Assembly (NCBI GenBank): GCA_023135165.1
Contig: JAGLTS010000028.1
Span: forward strand, 1 to 64,000
Length of the DNA stretch: 64,000 bases
Reading direction: 5' to 3'
Source of the DNA: Phycisphaerales bacterium
GTDB taxonomy: Bacteria; Planctomycetota; Phycisphaerae; Phycisphaerales; JAGLTS01
The translations under genes were made by a program, and so were the position numbers. Positions within the stretch are counted from its first letter, which is position 1, and the number at the start of each line of letters is the position of its first letter. Shown here one piece after another: positions 18,117 through 27,904 of this stretch. A model generated the notes under the pieces. That model worked only from the letters and a program-made list of their open reading frames with translations. It was not told the origin of the DNA and searched no databases.

Positions 18117-20546
18117 ATGCAGAGACGCCGATTCACGTTGTTGCCGCTGAGACGTGTTGCGACAGTCGTGCTTGTCACGCTTGCTTGTCTCTTCGCCGCA
18201 CCGGACGCCCGCGCGCAAGGCACGCAGGGCCTCGTCCCCGACCCGATCACCAGCCGAGACCTCCGCGTGTATGCCGATCGGCTCGATCTGGCGAGCGACC
18301 AACGTCTCGCGCTGAGTGAGTTGCACCAGCAGTACCTTGAGCGGTTCAGCGAGCTGCGCGAAAGCGAGATTCAGGAACTGCTCGACCGCCTGTCGCAATT
18401 CAAGCCGATGCAGTTGCCCGGCGAGAAAGAGGTCAAGACGATGCTCGATCTTCGTCGGCGAGCCATGGCGCTCATCGAGGAGACCGATCGGCGGTTCTTC
18501 GAAGACGTCCGAGGCCTGCTCACGCCGACCCAGCAGGAACAACTTCCCAGGGTTGTTCGCGCACGCGCCAAGGAGCGCTACGAGGTCGACTTCGGCCCGG
18601 GCGGGTCGATGGATCTTGTCGAACTCATCGAGGGGCTTGAGTTCACGGATCAGGAGACCGACGCGATTGACGATGCGGTCGTTCAGTATGAGATCGCTTC
18701 GCTCGCGGCTGTGCGAGAACTGCACGACGTGACGCTGGAGATGTTCCTCAGCATCCTGAAAGAGCTTGAGAAGAGGGGATTCAGCGAGCAGTCGCTCCAA
18801 GATCCGACAGCGGCGGCGGGGATGTTCCAAGCCCTCCAGGAAGCGTACCGTGAAGCGAGCAAGGATCAGGTCAAGGCGACGAAGAACCTCGCAAGCCTGA
18901 CCACGCGAAGTCTGCGCCAGATCGCCGACCTGCTCCCGCCCGAGTCGGCAGACCGGCTCATGGATGCGTACAACCAGAAGGCCTACCCGCAGGTTTATCC
19001 CGATCGGGACTCAGCCCAAAGACTGCTGAACGCTGCCCTCGCACTGGATGACATCACTCTCGATGAGCAGTCCGCACTACTGGATCTTGCGCAGCGCCAT
19101 CGCGAGCAACACGATCGCCTCTGCAAGAAGATGGTCGAAGTGCTGGACGAGCAGAACGCCCGGCCGCTGGACTTCGATCAGCGATCCCGGCGCAAGCACC
19201 GGGAGCAACTCCGCGACCTCCGCACCCAGCGTGAGAAGCTCAATCGCACGACCGCCGACTCCGTTGCCGACCTGCTTGACGTCGATCGCTTCGCGCTCGC
19301 GCAGCGCGCCGCGAATCGCCTCGCCGGCGACGTGGCTGTTGACGACGAGCAGAGCCCCGCACCCGAAGTCATTCCTGATGAGTTCGAGTCCCTTGAGCAG
19401 CCGGCGCGCAGCGTCTACGCCCGACCGATCACGCGACGGGACATGGAGGTGTATGGCCGCGCACTCCGTCTTGACGCCGACCAGCGAGCTGCGCTGCGTT
19501 CGATGCACGAGGACTACCTTCATCAGTTCCAAGAGCTCCGCGACGGTCGAATCCAGACACTTGTCGACGAGCCGCGACGCAAGGTCTACAGCGAAGCGGG
19601 ACGCATCGACCTGGAGGCGGTGGAGGCGGTGCAGCGAGGGCGCGCCGAGGCGCGTGCGCTGATTGAGGAGCTTGACGCGAAGTTCCTCGACGATGTGGCC
19701 ATGCTCTTGACCGAGGAGCAGCATGCGGCGCTGTCGCAGGTCCGTCTGCGGCGCCGGCGCGCCATGTTCGATCTCGCGTTCGATCAGGCGTACTTCGTTT
19801 CACAGGATGATCCATCCAGGATTGATCTGGTCCAAGTCGTCGAGGGACTGTCTCTTGAGGATGCGCAGGCAGAGGTTGCCGATCCGATCTTGACGCAGTA
19901 TGTCGAGCGCATCGTTCCACTTCTCGACGACTTCTATGAGCTCGTGCTCGAGCAGAACAGCGCCTGGCTGAAGATCTACGCCCGGTACAGCCCCGAGGAG
20001 ATGGAGGAGACGCAGACGATGATGGAGGCGGGCATGGAGGCGCAGCAGGTGATCCGTGACATCGGGAAGCGCACCGCGCTGCTGCGAGCGGAGGCGGCTG
20101 AGATCACGGACGACACGCTCACCCGGCTCGAACAGGCGCTGCCTCCCCAGCAGGCGGATCGTCTCCTGGCTGCGTACTACGAGACGGCATACCCCGATGT
20201 GTATCCCGATCACGACGCTTCCGATCCCGTGTTTGACGAGGCGATGGGGCTGCGCGACCTGACCACGCCCCAGTACGAAGAGCTTCAAGCCGCCTTTGAT
20301 CACTACGCAGCCGAGCATGACAGGTTGTGCAGCGAGATGATCGACATCGTGTCGAAATACAACCGTAGCGGGCAGTCGCCGTATGATCCGGACAGCATGC
20401 AGGAGCAGCAGCGATACCGCACGCAGCTTGAGCGATTGGAGTTTGAGCGAAGCGAACTGAACGCCCTTGTCCGCACGCGGATCGGAGCGGTGCTCACACC
20501 CGAGCAAGTGAAACGCATGCGCTCGTTGCGACATGACGACGAATGA
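18117..20546 (+). CDS. Secreted alpha-helical protein with repeated LTXXQ-type motifs and an internal duplication (Spy/CpxP-like repeats)
   Basis: Start at internal ATG 18117 (MQRRRFTLLPL...signal ending ARAQG). Two homologous halves (DLRVYADRLDLASDQRLALSELHQQYLERFSELRESEIQ vs DMEVYGRALRLDADQRAALRSMHEDYLHQFQELRDGRIQ). LLTPTQQ / LLTEEQ / LTPEQ motifs. Confidence 0.6.
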   Translation: MQRRRFTLLPLRRVATVVLVTLACLFAAPDARAQGTQGLVPDPITSRDLRVYADRLDLASDQRLALSELHQQYLERFSELRESEIQELLDRLSQFKPMQLPGEKEVKTMLDLRRRAMALIEETDRRFFEDVRGLLTPTQQEQLPRVVRARAKERYEVDFGPGGSMDLVELIEGLEFTDQETDAIDDAVVQYEIASLAAVRELHDVTLEMFLSILKELEKRGFSEQSLQDPTAAAGMFQALQEAYREASKDQVKATKNLASLTTRSLRQIADLLPPESADRLMDAYNQKAYPQVYPDRDSAQRLLNAALALDDITLDEQSALLDLAQRHREQHDRLCKKMVEVLDEQNARPLDFDQRSRRKHREQLRDLRTQREKLNRTTADSVADLLDVDRFALAQRAANRLAGDVAVDDEQSPAPEVIPDEFESLEQPARSVYARPITRRDMEVYGRALRLDADQRAALRSMHEDYLHQFQELRDGRIQTLVDEPRRKVYSEAGRIDLEAVEAVQRGRAEARALIEELDAKFLDDVAMLLTEEQHAALSQVRLRRRRAMFDLAFDQAYFVSQDDPSRIDLVQVVEGLSLEDAQAEVADPILTQYVERIVPLLDDFYELVLEQNSAWLKIYARYSPEEMEETQTMMEAGMEAQQVIRDIGKRTALLRAEAAEITDDTLTRLEQALPPQQADRLLAAYYETAYPDVYPDHDASDPVFDEAMGLRDLTTPQYEELQAAFDHYAAEHDRLCSEMIDIVSKYNRSGQSPYDPDSMQEQQRYRTQLERLEFERSELNALVRTRIGAVLTPEQVKRMRSLRHDDE

Positions 20547-20752
20547 GTGGTCGGGCGAGGGTCGTCCCCCTGACAGCGGCCGTCCTATGGCCAAGGCGTG
20601 GTCCGAGAACCTGCGGATCAGGTGGTGTGGTTCATCTCAGGACGACACTCGCCGATTAACCATTGCTCGCCTGAGTGATTGGCAATACGATCAATCGCAG
20701 AGTTCTACGGTATGCGCCCATCTCGCCCGTCCGCCTTGACTCGGAGGAAACC

Positions 20753-23700
20753 ATGTTGCACGCACGCGCCATCGCACGGCCGTTGGTCGTCTCAGCCTTG
20801 ATGTCGATTAGCACGATCACGCCGGTGAACGGTGCGCCACAGACCGATCCGGTCGTTCGTGACGATGCAGGCCCGCCGATCGTCGCGATCACCGCTGTTG
20901 ATGACGACCGCATCGAACTGACCGTGCAGCTCGACGGCATCCGCGCGCAACAGGTGGACACGAAAGCCGGTGCGTTCGTCGCGCTGACTTGGCCCGGTGC
21001 GGCCCCTTGGGGTGATGTGGGGACGCCTCTCCTGCCCGTGTATCGTCAGCTTTTCACTGCGCCCGTCGGTGCGGATGTCAATCTCAACATCACGTCCGGC
21101 CCATCGCACATCATCAGCCTCCCGCCGCTGGGCTATGCCGACCCGATCGTGCCGATGCAGCCGCGCATTGAGATGACACCCTCCGCGATTGAGAACATAC
21201 CGTTCCGATGGGATCGTGCGTCGTACGCACACGATGCATTCACGCTCGCGCAGCGAGCAGGCATCACGAAGGCGGGCATCGCGCGCGGTCGGCAGCTCTA
21301 TCTCCTGGAAGTGAGACCCGTCGCCTACAACCCGGCGCGCGGTCAACTCAACGTTTGGCAAGACATCGACATCCGCATCACCATCACGGGCGGCGCCCGT
21401 AGCGCAGCCCGCATCGGACCGGCGGCGCCCCTCGATGCGCTGCTACTCAATCCGGAACCACTACTTGGGAGCGGTCGCGGAACAGGTAACTACCTCATCG
21501 TCGTCGCGGACGACCTCGCGGATACGATTCTGCCGTTCACCGCTGCGAAGACCGCCCAAGGTTTCGACGTCACGACGCAGGTTGTCGCGTCCGGTTCATC
21601 CGCTGCATCCATCAAGGCTGACATCGAAAGCCTATGGGGCACAGCTGACGCTCCGGATTACCTGCTCCTCGTCGGCGACTCGAATACCATTCCATCCTGG
21701 GTCGGCGGCGGCGCCCGGCACACGAGTACCGACCTGCCGTACGCCTGCATGGATGGAGGCGACGACTGGTATCCCGATATGGCCTACGCGCGATTCTCCG
21801 TGCGAAAGCAGGATCAGTTGCAGGCGATCATCGACAAGACCCTCTTCATGGAGGCCGGCGTCTTCGCGGACCCGACAGCGGTCAAGCGAGTCGTCTTCCT
21901 CGCCGGTTGGGATGCCCCCGCCAACGGCGAGCCGACGCACGATTGGGTCATCGATACATACCTTGGCCCGAGGGATTACGACAGCCGGAAGCTCTATACA
22001 CGCATCTACGCCGCTCGGACGCAGGATGTATATGACGAGTTCAACGCCGGCTGCGTCATCGGCGTCTTCCACGGCCACAGTTGGTGGGATCAGTGGCAGA
22101 GCGGGCCGGTGTTCTCTCATATCGACGTGCAGAATCTGAGCAATGAAGGGATGTATCCGTTTGTCCTCAACATGACATGCAGTATCGGGAACTACGCCAA
22201 CAGCACGTATGAGCCGTGCTTCACCGAGGAGTGGCTCCGCGTGCCGGACAAGGGCGCTGCCGCCGTCGTCGGCGCGACCGCGTATATCTACTACCAGAGC
22301 AATCCTGGCTGGCCGGAGACGTGTAATCTTGAGAAGTACGTGTTTGATACGATCTATCTCGACGGCATCTACGAGGTCAGCCCGATATGGCAAGGCGCGC
22401 TGGGTCGCCTGCTCACGATGTACGGCCCAGGGGACCCCGTCTGCCGTGACTACTTCGAGATGTTCGCGCTGCTCGGCGACCCGTCGCTTGAGATACCGAT
22501 GGACCTTTCATCCGGTTTCGCGCTGACCGTGTCGCCCGACTACCGTGATCTCTGCGCGCCCGCTGATGCGACGCACACGCTGGATATCCATGAGATCCTC
22601 GGTTACAGCGAAGAGGTCACGCTCAGCGCCGCGGGTGCGCCTGCGGGCACGACGGTTGACTTCAGCATCAATCCCGTTGTGCCGGGCGGATCATCCGTCA
22701 TGACGATCGGCAACACAGGCGCCGCGGTGCCCGGCGAGTATCTCATCGAAGTCACCGCCGAGTCGATCGACATGAGTCGAACCGTCGTCGTGGATCTCGA
22801 CATTTCGGCAAGCGCGCCGGATGCGCCGACGCCGACCGGGCCGACCGAGGGCGCGACGGATCAGGATCTCGTCCCGACGCTCGTCTGGGACGCCCCACCG
22901 CAGGCAGGCTTGCAGTACGAAGTCGGACTCGGCGTCGAGGGCAGCGGGACCAGCTACTATCACGGTCGAATCCCAGAAGCCAGCCACACGATCTCGTTCC
23001 ACACGCTCTCGCCGAACACCGAGTACTGGTGGCACGTCAAAGCGTACAACGGATGCGGCTACTCGGGCTGGTCGACGATGGCGCACTTCACCACCGGCGC
23101 TCGGCCGACTCGCTTCACCGAGCAGTTCAGCGGCGACTTCGATCTGGACGGCATGACGATCCGCTTCATCCCGGAGGATTCCGTCCACCACTACGAAATG
23201 TGCAGCCTCGCCGCCGCTGCGCTGCCGACCGATCCGGCAGGCGGAACGACGCTGACGCTGGATGATGATGACAGCACGCTCGTCACGCCCGGCTCAAGCG
23301 TCTCGCTCTATGGCGAGTCCTACGACAGTTTCCACATCAACAGCAACGGCTCGATCACGTTCACCGGCATCGACGCGACGTATCAGGAAAGCGTGCAGGT
23401 CCACTTCGTAGCGGCGCGAGTCGCCGGCCTGTTCGACGATCTCGACCCCGCATCGGCGGGCAGCGTGAGCTGGAAGGAGCTCGCCGACCGCGTGGCCGTG
23501 ACGTGGCAGAATGTGCCGGAGTACGGTCAGGTGAATTCCAACACATTTCAGATCGAACTGTTCTTCGACGGTGAGATCCACATCACATGGTTGGGCATCG
23601 CATCCACCGACGGCATCGCAGGGCTGTCGCCCGGCAACGGCCTGCCGGATGGGTATCTCGAAACGAACCTCTCCGCCGCCAGCACGTGCCCTGACGATCC

Positions 23701-23866
23701 GTGCCCGGGCGATCTGGATGGCGACGGCGATGTCGATCAGGCGGACCTGGGCATTCTGCTCGCTGCGTACGGCCTCAACGGCACCGGTGACTGTGACGGC
23801 GACGGCGACACCGACCAGGCGGACCTGGGCATCCTGCTCGCCAACTACGGCACAGTGTGTCCGTGA
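20753..23866 (+). CDS. Secreted peptidase C25 (gingipain-like) family protein with FN3-like domain and C-terminal double dockerin-like module
   Basis: Start at ATG 20753 (MLHARAIARPLVVSALMS signal). YLLLVGDSNTIPSW...DLPYACMDGGDDWYPDMAYARFSVRKQDQLQAIIDKTLFME matches the gingipain catalytic-domain pattern. Candidate His is in FHGHSWWD and Cys in NMTCSIGN. FN3-like YWWHVKAYNGCGYSGWS. C-terminal DLDGDGDVDQADLGILLAAYG...DCDGDGDTDQADLGILLANYG. Confidence 0.7.
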   Translation: MLHARAIARPLVVSALMSISTITPVNGAPQTDPVVRDDAGPPIVAITAVDDDRIELTVQLDGIRAQQVDTKAGAFVALTWPGAAPWGDVGTPLLPVYRQLFTAPVGADVNLNITSGPSHIISLPPLGYADPIVPMQPRIEMTPSAIENIPFRWDRASYAHDAFTLAQRAGITKAGIARGRQLYLLEVRPVAYNPARGQLNVWQDIDIRITITGGARSAARIGPAAPLDALLLNPEPLLGSGRGTGNYLIVVADDLADTILPFTAAKTAQGFDVTTQVVASGSSAASIKADIESLWGTADAPDYLLLVGDSNTIPSWVGGGARHTSTDLPYACMDGGDDWYPDMAYARFSVRKQDQLQAIIDKTLFMEAGVFADPTAVKRVVFLAGWDAPANGEPTHDWVIDTYLGPRDYDSRKLYTRIYAARTQDVYDEFNAGCVIGVFHGHSWWDQWQSGPVFSHIDVQNLSNEGMYPFVLNMTCSIGNYANSTYEPCFTEEWLRVPDKGAAAVVGATAYIYYQSNPGWPETCNLEKYVFDTIYLDGIYEVSPIWQGALGRLLTMYGPGDPVCRDYFEMFALLGDPSLEIPMDLSSGFALTVSPDYRDLCAPADATHTLDIHEILGYSEEVTLSAAGAPAGTTVDFSINPVVPGGSSVMTIGNTGAAVPGEYLIEVTAESIDMSRTVVVDLDISASAPDAPTPTGPTEGATDQDLVPTLVWDAPPQAGLQYEVGLGVEGSGTSYYHGRIPEASHTISFHTLSPNTEYWWHVKAYNGCGYSGWSTMAHFTTGARPTRFTEQFSGDFDLDGMTIRFIPEDSVHHYEMCSLAAAALPTDPAGGTTLTLDDDDSTLVTPGSSVSLYGESYDSFHINSNGSITFTGIDATYQESVQVHFVAARVAGLFDDLDPASAGSVSWKELADRVAVTWQNVPEYGQVNSNTFQIELFFDGEIHITWLGIASTDGIAGLSPGNGLPDGYLETNLSAASTCPDDPCPGDLDGDGDVDQADLGILLAAYGLNGTGDCDGDGDTDQADLGILLANYGTVCP

Positions 23867-24033
23867 ACCCAATGCGCCGACGCGGACCGCAGCGTCCCCG
23901 ACGGGGGGGTGCCATCCGCAGGCCAACGGTGCCGTGTGGGCCGATGGGTCGCTGCGCATAGCAACCCGCCACTGTGCCATCGTGATGTTGCTCTCGGGCA
24001 CATGGGCGCGCCCGTCAAGACGTACTTGTCACA

Positions 24034-25701
24034 TCAGTCCTGATTGGCCGGTGGGGGTTGTGGGGGTTGCTTGGGATCTTGGCCGGATGGGGGAGCAGGT
24101 GGGGGTGGAGGCGGTGGTGGAGGTGGAGGTGGGGGGGGCTGTTGGGGGTTGATGACGACCGGCTTTTGCTGCTGGCCCATGCCGGTGATGATCGTCTGCC
24201 CGCCGGGTGTGTAGGCGTCGGAACGGGTTGTCGCGACCTGTCCCATCTGCTGGAGCGCCTGGTTCATCACACGTTCGAGCTGCGCCGCATGTTCGCGGTT
24301 GCTCAGTCGTTCCTGCTCCATTTGCCTGCGGAGGTTTTCCATGACCTCGTCGTTGAGCTTGCCCTCGGACTTGAACCGCTCCAGCAGCGCCGCAGCGACG
24401 GCATCGCTCTTCTCAGCGGCAAGCACGAGAAGCTGCTCGGGCGACATGCCCTTCTGCTTCTCCATGCGTTCCAGTTCGAGCAGCGCATCCTTATCACCCA
24501 GACCCAGCGCGATCTTCGTCGCGGTGTCCGCATCGGAGATCGACTTGATCCGCTCGCGCTCCTCCTCGACATCCTGCATCTTCTTCTTGCGCCGGGCTTC
24601 GAGCGCGGAGTCGCGTATCTTCTCACCAAGCCTGAAGTCCTTCTCGTCGCCTTCACGCTCGAAGTCGCGGACCGTCGAGTCAGCCTCGGCTGTGCGAATG
24701 CGCTGACCCAGGAACGTGTCGATGTCCAGGTCCGACTGCACGCGCCCGTGCTGCCGCCCGGTTGCATCCAGTTCCAGCTCATGTTCGAGCTTGCCCATCT
24801 CGCGGGATTGCGTGCGCTCCTGCTCGAAATCGAGCGCATCGTGCGCAAGCTTCGCTTCGAGTCGCTCGAACTCATCAGTGCGCAGCCGATCACGAATGCC
24901 AAGCTCGTGTGTGGCCTGGCGTATCGCATCCTGCAAATCCGCCGCGGTGACAACCTTATGCTTCTCCGTGTCGGCGAGGGTCTCGCGCACGGACTTGAGC
25001 ACTTCAAGCCGGGCCGCTTCGATCGCGGCGTCGCGCCCTTCCAGATGCACTTCCGCCGTCCCCTCACGCTTCGGGTCGAACTGGTCCGACGTGATATGAA
25101 CGACGTTGAGCGCGACGAGCGTGAACCCAAGTCGCGTCAGGTTCTGGCCGACCCGCTGCTTGAGTTGATCGCCCGTCTGCTGGCGAAGCTGCGCGTTGTG
25201 GTACATCTCGTCGATCGGGTGCGTGCTCGACAGCGCGAGGAGCGCATCGTACAGCTCCGGATACAGATGCGATTGCAGGTCAGCCTCGACGTACTTGCTC
25301 CGATCCTTCATGACGTTCCGGTAGAACGCCTCGGGACCGGAGAGCTGCATCGTCAGACGAAGCCCTGCGTTGAGCTGGATGTTCTCACGGCTGTACAGCC
25401 CGGCGATCAGGATGTCGATCGAGATATCGCCATCCTCGACGATGACGAGGGTCGTCTGCTGATCGCCCGCGAACCACTTGCGGAACGGGCCGTCGATGTC
25501 GTGCTTTCCGGGCGGGAGTTGGCCGAGCAGTTCGCCTTTTGCGAAGACGAGCGCCGCGGTGCCGTCCCAGACGGTGAACGGGCGATTGACAAAGCGGCGT
25601 TTGACATCGCGCGATTCGATGCGGATGGCGACATCGCCTGCCTTACGTTCCCAACGTTCTGTTTTCTTATCGAACCATCCCATGGCAACCTCCTCGGTCA
25701 C
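24034..25701 (-). CDS. SPFH/band-7-like N-domain protein with long coiled-coil region and C-terminal poly-proline tail
   Basis: N-terminus (RFVNRPFTVWDGTAALVFAKGELLGQLPPGKHDI) resembles SPFH domains. About 300 aa of E/R/K/L-rich predicted coiled coil. Ends ...QQPPPPPPPPPPPPPPAPPSGQDPKQPPQPPPANQD. The start is either GTG 25701 (GTGA overlap with the upstream stop) or ATG 25683. Confidence 0.55.
   Translation of the reverse strand: MTEEVAMGWFDKKTERWERKAGDVAIRIESRDVKRRFVNRPFTVWDGTAALVFAKGELLGQLPPGKHDIDGPFRKWFAGDQQTTLVIVEDGDISIDILIAGLYSRENIQLNAGLRLTMQLSGPEAFYRNVMKDRSKYVEADLQSHLYPELYDALLALSSTHPIDEMYHNAQLRQQTGDQLKQRVGQNLTRLGFTLVALNVVHITSDQFDPKREGTAEVHLEGRDAAIEAARLEVLKSVRETLADTEKHKVVTAADLQDAIRQATHELGIRDRLRTDEFERLEAKLAHDALDFEQERTQSREMGKLEHELELDATGRQHGRVQSDLDIDTFLGQRIRTAEADSTVRDFEREGDEKDFRLGEKIRDSALEARRKKKMQDVEEERERIKSISDADTATKIALGLGDKDALLELERMEKQKGMSPEQLLVLAAEKSDAVAAALLERFKSEGKLNDEVMENLRRQMEQERLSNREHAAQLERVMNQALQQMGQVATTRSDAYTPGGQTIITGMGQQQKPVVINPQQPPPPPPPPPPPPPPAPPSGQDPKQPPQPPPANQD
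24094..24146 (-). repeat. Simple GGN/CCN repeat encoding a 14-residue poly-Pro tract
   Basis: gggggtggaggcggtggtggaggtggaggtgggggggg on the plus strand lies inside the SPFH-like gene. Confidence 0.6.
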
Positions 25702-26396
25702 GACTTACGGATCACGGTGCGCGGCTTGGACCCCTGCGCCATAAGGCGAAGCGCCCAGGGAGCGATGAAGAGTAGTAGCAGTAGGCCGACCACGACGACG
25801 CCGACGATCACCCACGCCCACCACTCATGCGCAAGCGCGAGAAAGAACGTCTCCGGATCGATCTGCACGACCGCCTCAGCGCTGCCCGAGCCGACGAGAT
25901 GACCCGTGGCGACGGCGCCCATGCGCGTCTGGATGCGCGCCTGGCCCTTGATTCTGCTGTCGTCGAGGCCGGCGTATTCCAGAACGCCCCAGACCACAGC
26001 ACCGGCGGGCAACACGTTCTGGAACTCAGGCAGCAGCTCCTCGGGGATCACGTCGAACATGTCCTCGGTGAACTCCCATTCGCTGGTGAGCCGCATCCAG
26101 TCCGGATCGCTTCGCGTCACGACGCGCACGCCGAGTTGGCTCGCCCGCTGAATCAGTTCATGCTCGATGGCTCGGACCGCCGCGCCATCCGCATCACGGG
26201 CGAATGGAAGCACGGCGATCGTCTCGATCTCAGGCGGAAGCGACACCACCATCTGCGTGACGGCATCCTCCGCTGCAAGCTGAAGCGCAGCACGAATGGC
26301 ATCGTCCTCACCGTGCCCATCCTGTCCCCACGCGCTCACGGTCAGGCCGAGCGACGCCGTCGCCGCAGCCGCGATTGCAATCAATGTGTATCTCAT
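25698..26396 (-). CDS. Secreted protein with C-terminal transmembrane anchor (hypothetical)
   Basis: N-terminal signal (MRYTLIAIAAAATASLGLTVSAWG). C-terminal hydrophobic helix (WWAWVIVGVVVVGLLLLLFIAPWAL). Stop overlaps the downstream gene start by 4 nt. Confidence 0.5.
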   Translation of the reverse strand: MRYTLIAIAAAATASLGLTVSAWGQDGHGEDDAIRAALQLAAEDAVTQMVVSLPPEIETIAVLPFARDADGAAVRAIEHELIQRASQLGVRVVTRSDPDWMRLTSEWEFTEDMFDVIPEELLPEFQNVLPAGAVVWGVLEYAGLDDSRIKGQARIQTRMGAVATGHLVGSGSAEAVVQIDPETFFLALAHEWWAWVIVGVVVVGLLLLLFIAPWALRLMAQGSKPRTVIRKS

Positions 26397-26407
26397 CGGT
26401 CGCTCCT

Positions 26408-27382
26408 TTATTCGCCGCTTCTAATCTGCGTGCGATCGATCTGCTGAATCTCAATCTTCATGCCCGGGGCCGTCGCGATGTACGTCCCAAGGTTGTGAAT
26501 CGCAGCCGGCTGAAGATAGATGACCATGCGTGCCGTGCCGGACCGATCATCCCATGACATCAGGCGAACGTCGTTGATGCCCTGCTGGCCGCGAAGGTGC
26601 GCCAGCAGGTGCGTGACCGTCCCGTAGTCATCCATGTCCGTCAGCGTCAGGCGGCGCGTCACCACGTTCTGGCCGACCTTGCGAATGATCTGCTCGATAA
26701 GGTAAGGCCCGACCTGGTCGACCGCGGCGATCAGTGCGCTCTTCGCCGCTGCATCCACGCGCGAACTGCGCTTGCCGACGGCGGTGAGTTCTTTGGTCGC
26801 GACCAACTGGCCGGCGGCTTCGTAGACGTTGGCGCGGATTGTTGCTTCGTAGCTGAGCATGCGACCGAGCCTGGACCGTTCGCTGACCGTGCCGTACACC
26901 GTGGTGACGAGATCCGCATCGGCCCGGGCGGCGAACTCGGCGATTGAGTCCGGGTCCGTCTGATATAAGTCCAGGTGCGAGACGTTCTGCACGCGGAAGC
27001 CGATCTCGGTGAAAAGCTCGCGGAGTTCCTGCGCGACCTTGTCACCGAGTTGGTAGCGGTCGATTTCCTCCCCACCGACGATCGCCATCTGCACATCGTC
27101 GAGGCTGTAGTAAGCGACGTGGGCTGCCTGCTGGGCGCGTGTGGTCTCGACGGGCTGTTGCTCATCGGGCAGGGCGAGGTTGGTGCGCTCGGACGCACGA
27201 TTCGTGCGCTGCGGCGCATCGGGTGAGATGTCGCGCGGCGTTCGGTCAATCGTCGTGGTTCCCGGCGGCTCGGGGACCGGCTCGACCGGGGCGTACGGCT
27301 TCGGCGTGCATCCGACGGCGCCGACGAGCAGCGTGCCCAGCGCCAGACCGATGGCCAGCCGACGTTTCGCTGTGGGTTTCAT
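26408..27382 (-). CDS. Lipoprotein (hypothetical; lipobox LLVGAVGC)
   Basis: Start at internal ATG 27382 (MKPTAKRRLAIGLALGTLLVGAVGCTP). ATGA overlap with the stop of the upstream HTH gene. Confidence 0.55.
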   Translation of the reverse strand: MKPTAKRRLAIGLALGTLLVGAVGCTPKPYAPVEPVPEPPGTTTIDRTPRDISPDAPQRTNRASERTNLALPDEQQPVETTRAQQAAHVAYYSLDDVQMAIVGGEEIDRYQLGDKVAQELRELFTEIGFRVQNVSHLDLYQTDPDSIAEFAARADADLVTTVYGTVSERSRLGRMLSYEATIRANVYEAAGQLVATKELTAVGKRSSRVDAAAKSALIAAVDQVGPYLIEQIIRKVGQNVVTRRLTLTDMDDYGTVTHLLAHLRGQQGINDVRLMSWDDRSGTARMVIYLQPAAIHNLGTYIATAPGMKIEIQQIDRTQIRSGE

Positions 27383-27750
27383 ATGGCATCCCTTTGCTCT
27401 GGTGAGTGTGTGTGGTTTTCCTCGGCACGGCGTGATGATCGCCACCCCTCGTCCCATGCTTGCCGACAGATCGGCTCGCCGGTGTCCGAAGCATACCCGC
27501 CGATGTCCAACTCGCTGACAATCCGCTTGCCTGTGATGCAGCAGAGGAGGTTCCGCGCGGGGACGGGTGTCTCGTTGGCCACGGCTGTCTTGCTGGATTC
27601 AAAGAAGGCGTCGAGGTCGGAGCGCTTGATGCGATAGACACGTCCGACGCGACCTGCGGGGAGCTTGCCCGACCGGACGAGCCGGTAGACGGTCTTGTAC
27701 TCGACGCCCAGGATCTCCGCTGCTTCATCAAGACTCAAGAGCTTTTCCAT
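27379..27750 (-). CDS. Helix-turn-helix DNA-binding protein (excisionase/MerR-like HTH_17) with C-terminal Cys cluster
   Basis: Start at internal ATG 27750 (MEKLLSLDEAAEILGVEYKTVYRLVRSGKLPAGRVGRVYRIKRSDLDAFF). C-terminal CC...C...C. Confidence 0.6.
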   Translation of the reverse strand: MEKLLSLDEAAEILGVEYKTVYRLVRSGKLPAGRVGRVYRIKRSDLDAFFESSKTAVANETPVPARNLLCCITGKRIVSELDIGGYASDTGEPICRQAWDEGWRSSRRAEENHTHSPEQRDAI

Positions 27751-27904
27751 TGCAGGTTCCAGGATACCCCAGAAATCTACTTCCACAACCACCTTTCTTG
27801 GATTCTCTTGCCTTTTCTTTTCATCTTCTATCCGCTCATGCCCTCGCCAGCCCCCATTATCCCCCACAATCCCCCAATTGGGTGGATTGGGCGCGGGTGC
27901 CACA

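Noticed and set aside
17172-18830. 552-aa minus-strand ORF overlapping the GH13 gene end and the 18117 gene start
   Set aside because: Antisense to two well-supported genes. Arg/Ala-rich composition typical of shadow ORFs in high-GC DNA. No motifs.
24058-25902. 614-aa plus ORF antisense to the SPFH-like gene
   Set aside because: Extreme Arg/Leu composition with no start context. The opposite strand has a coherent protein.
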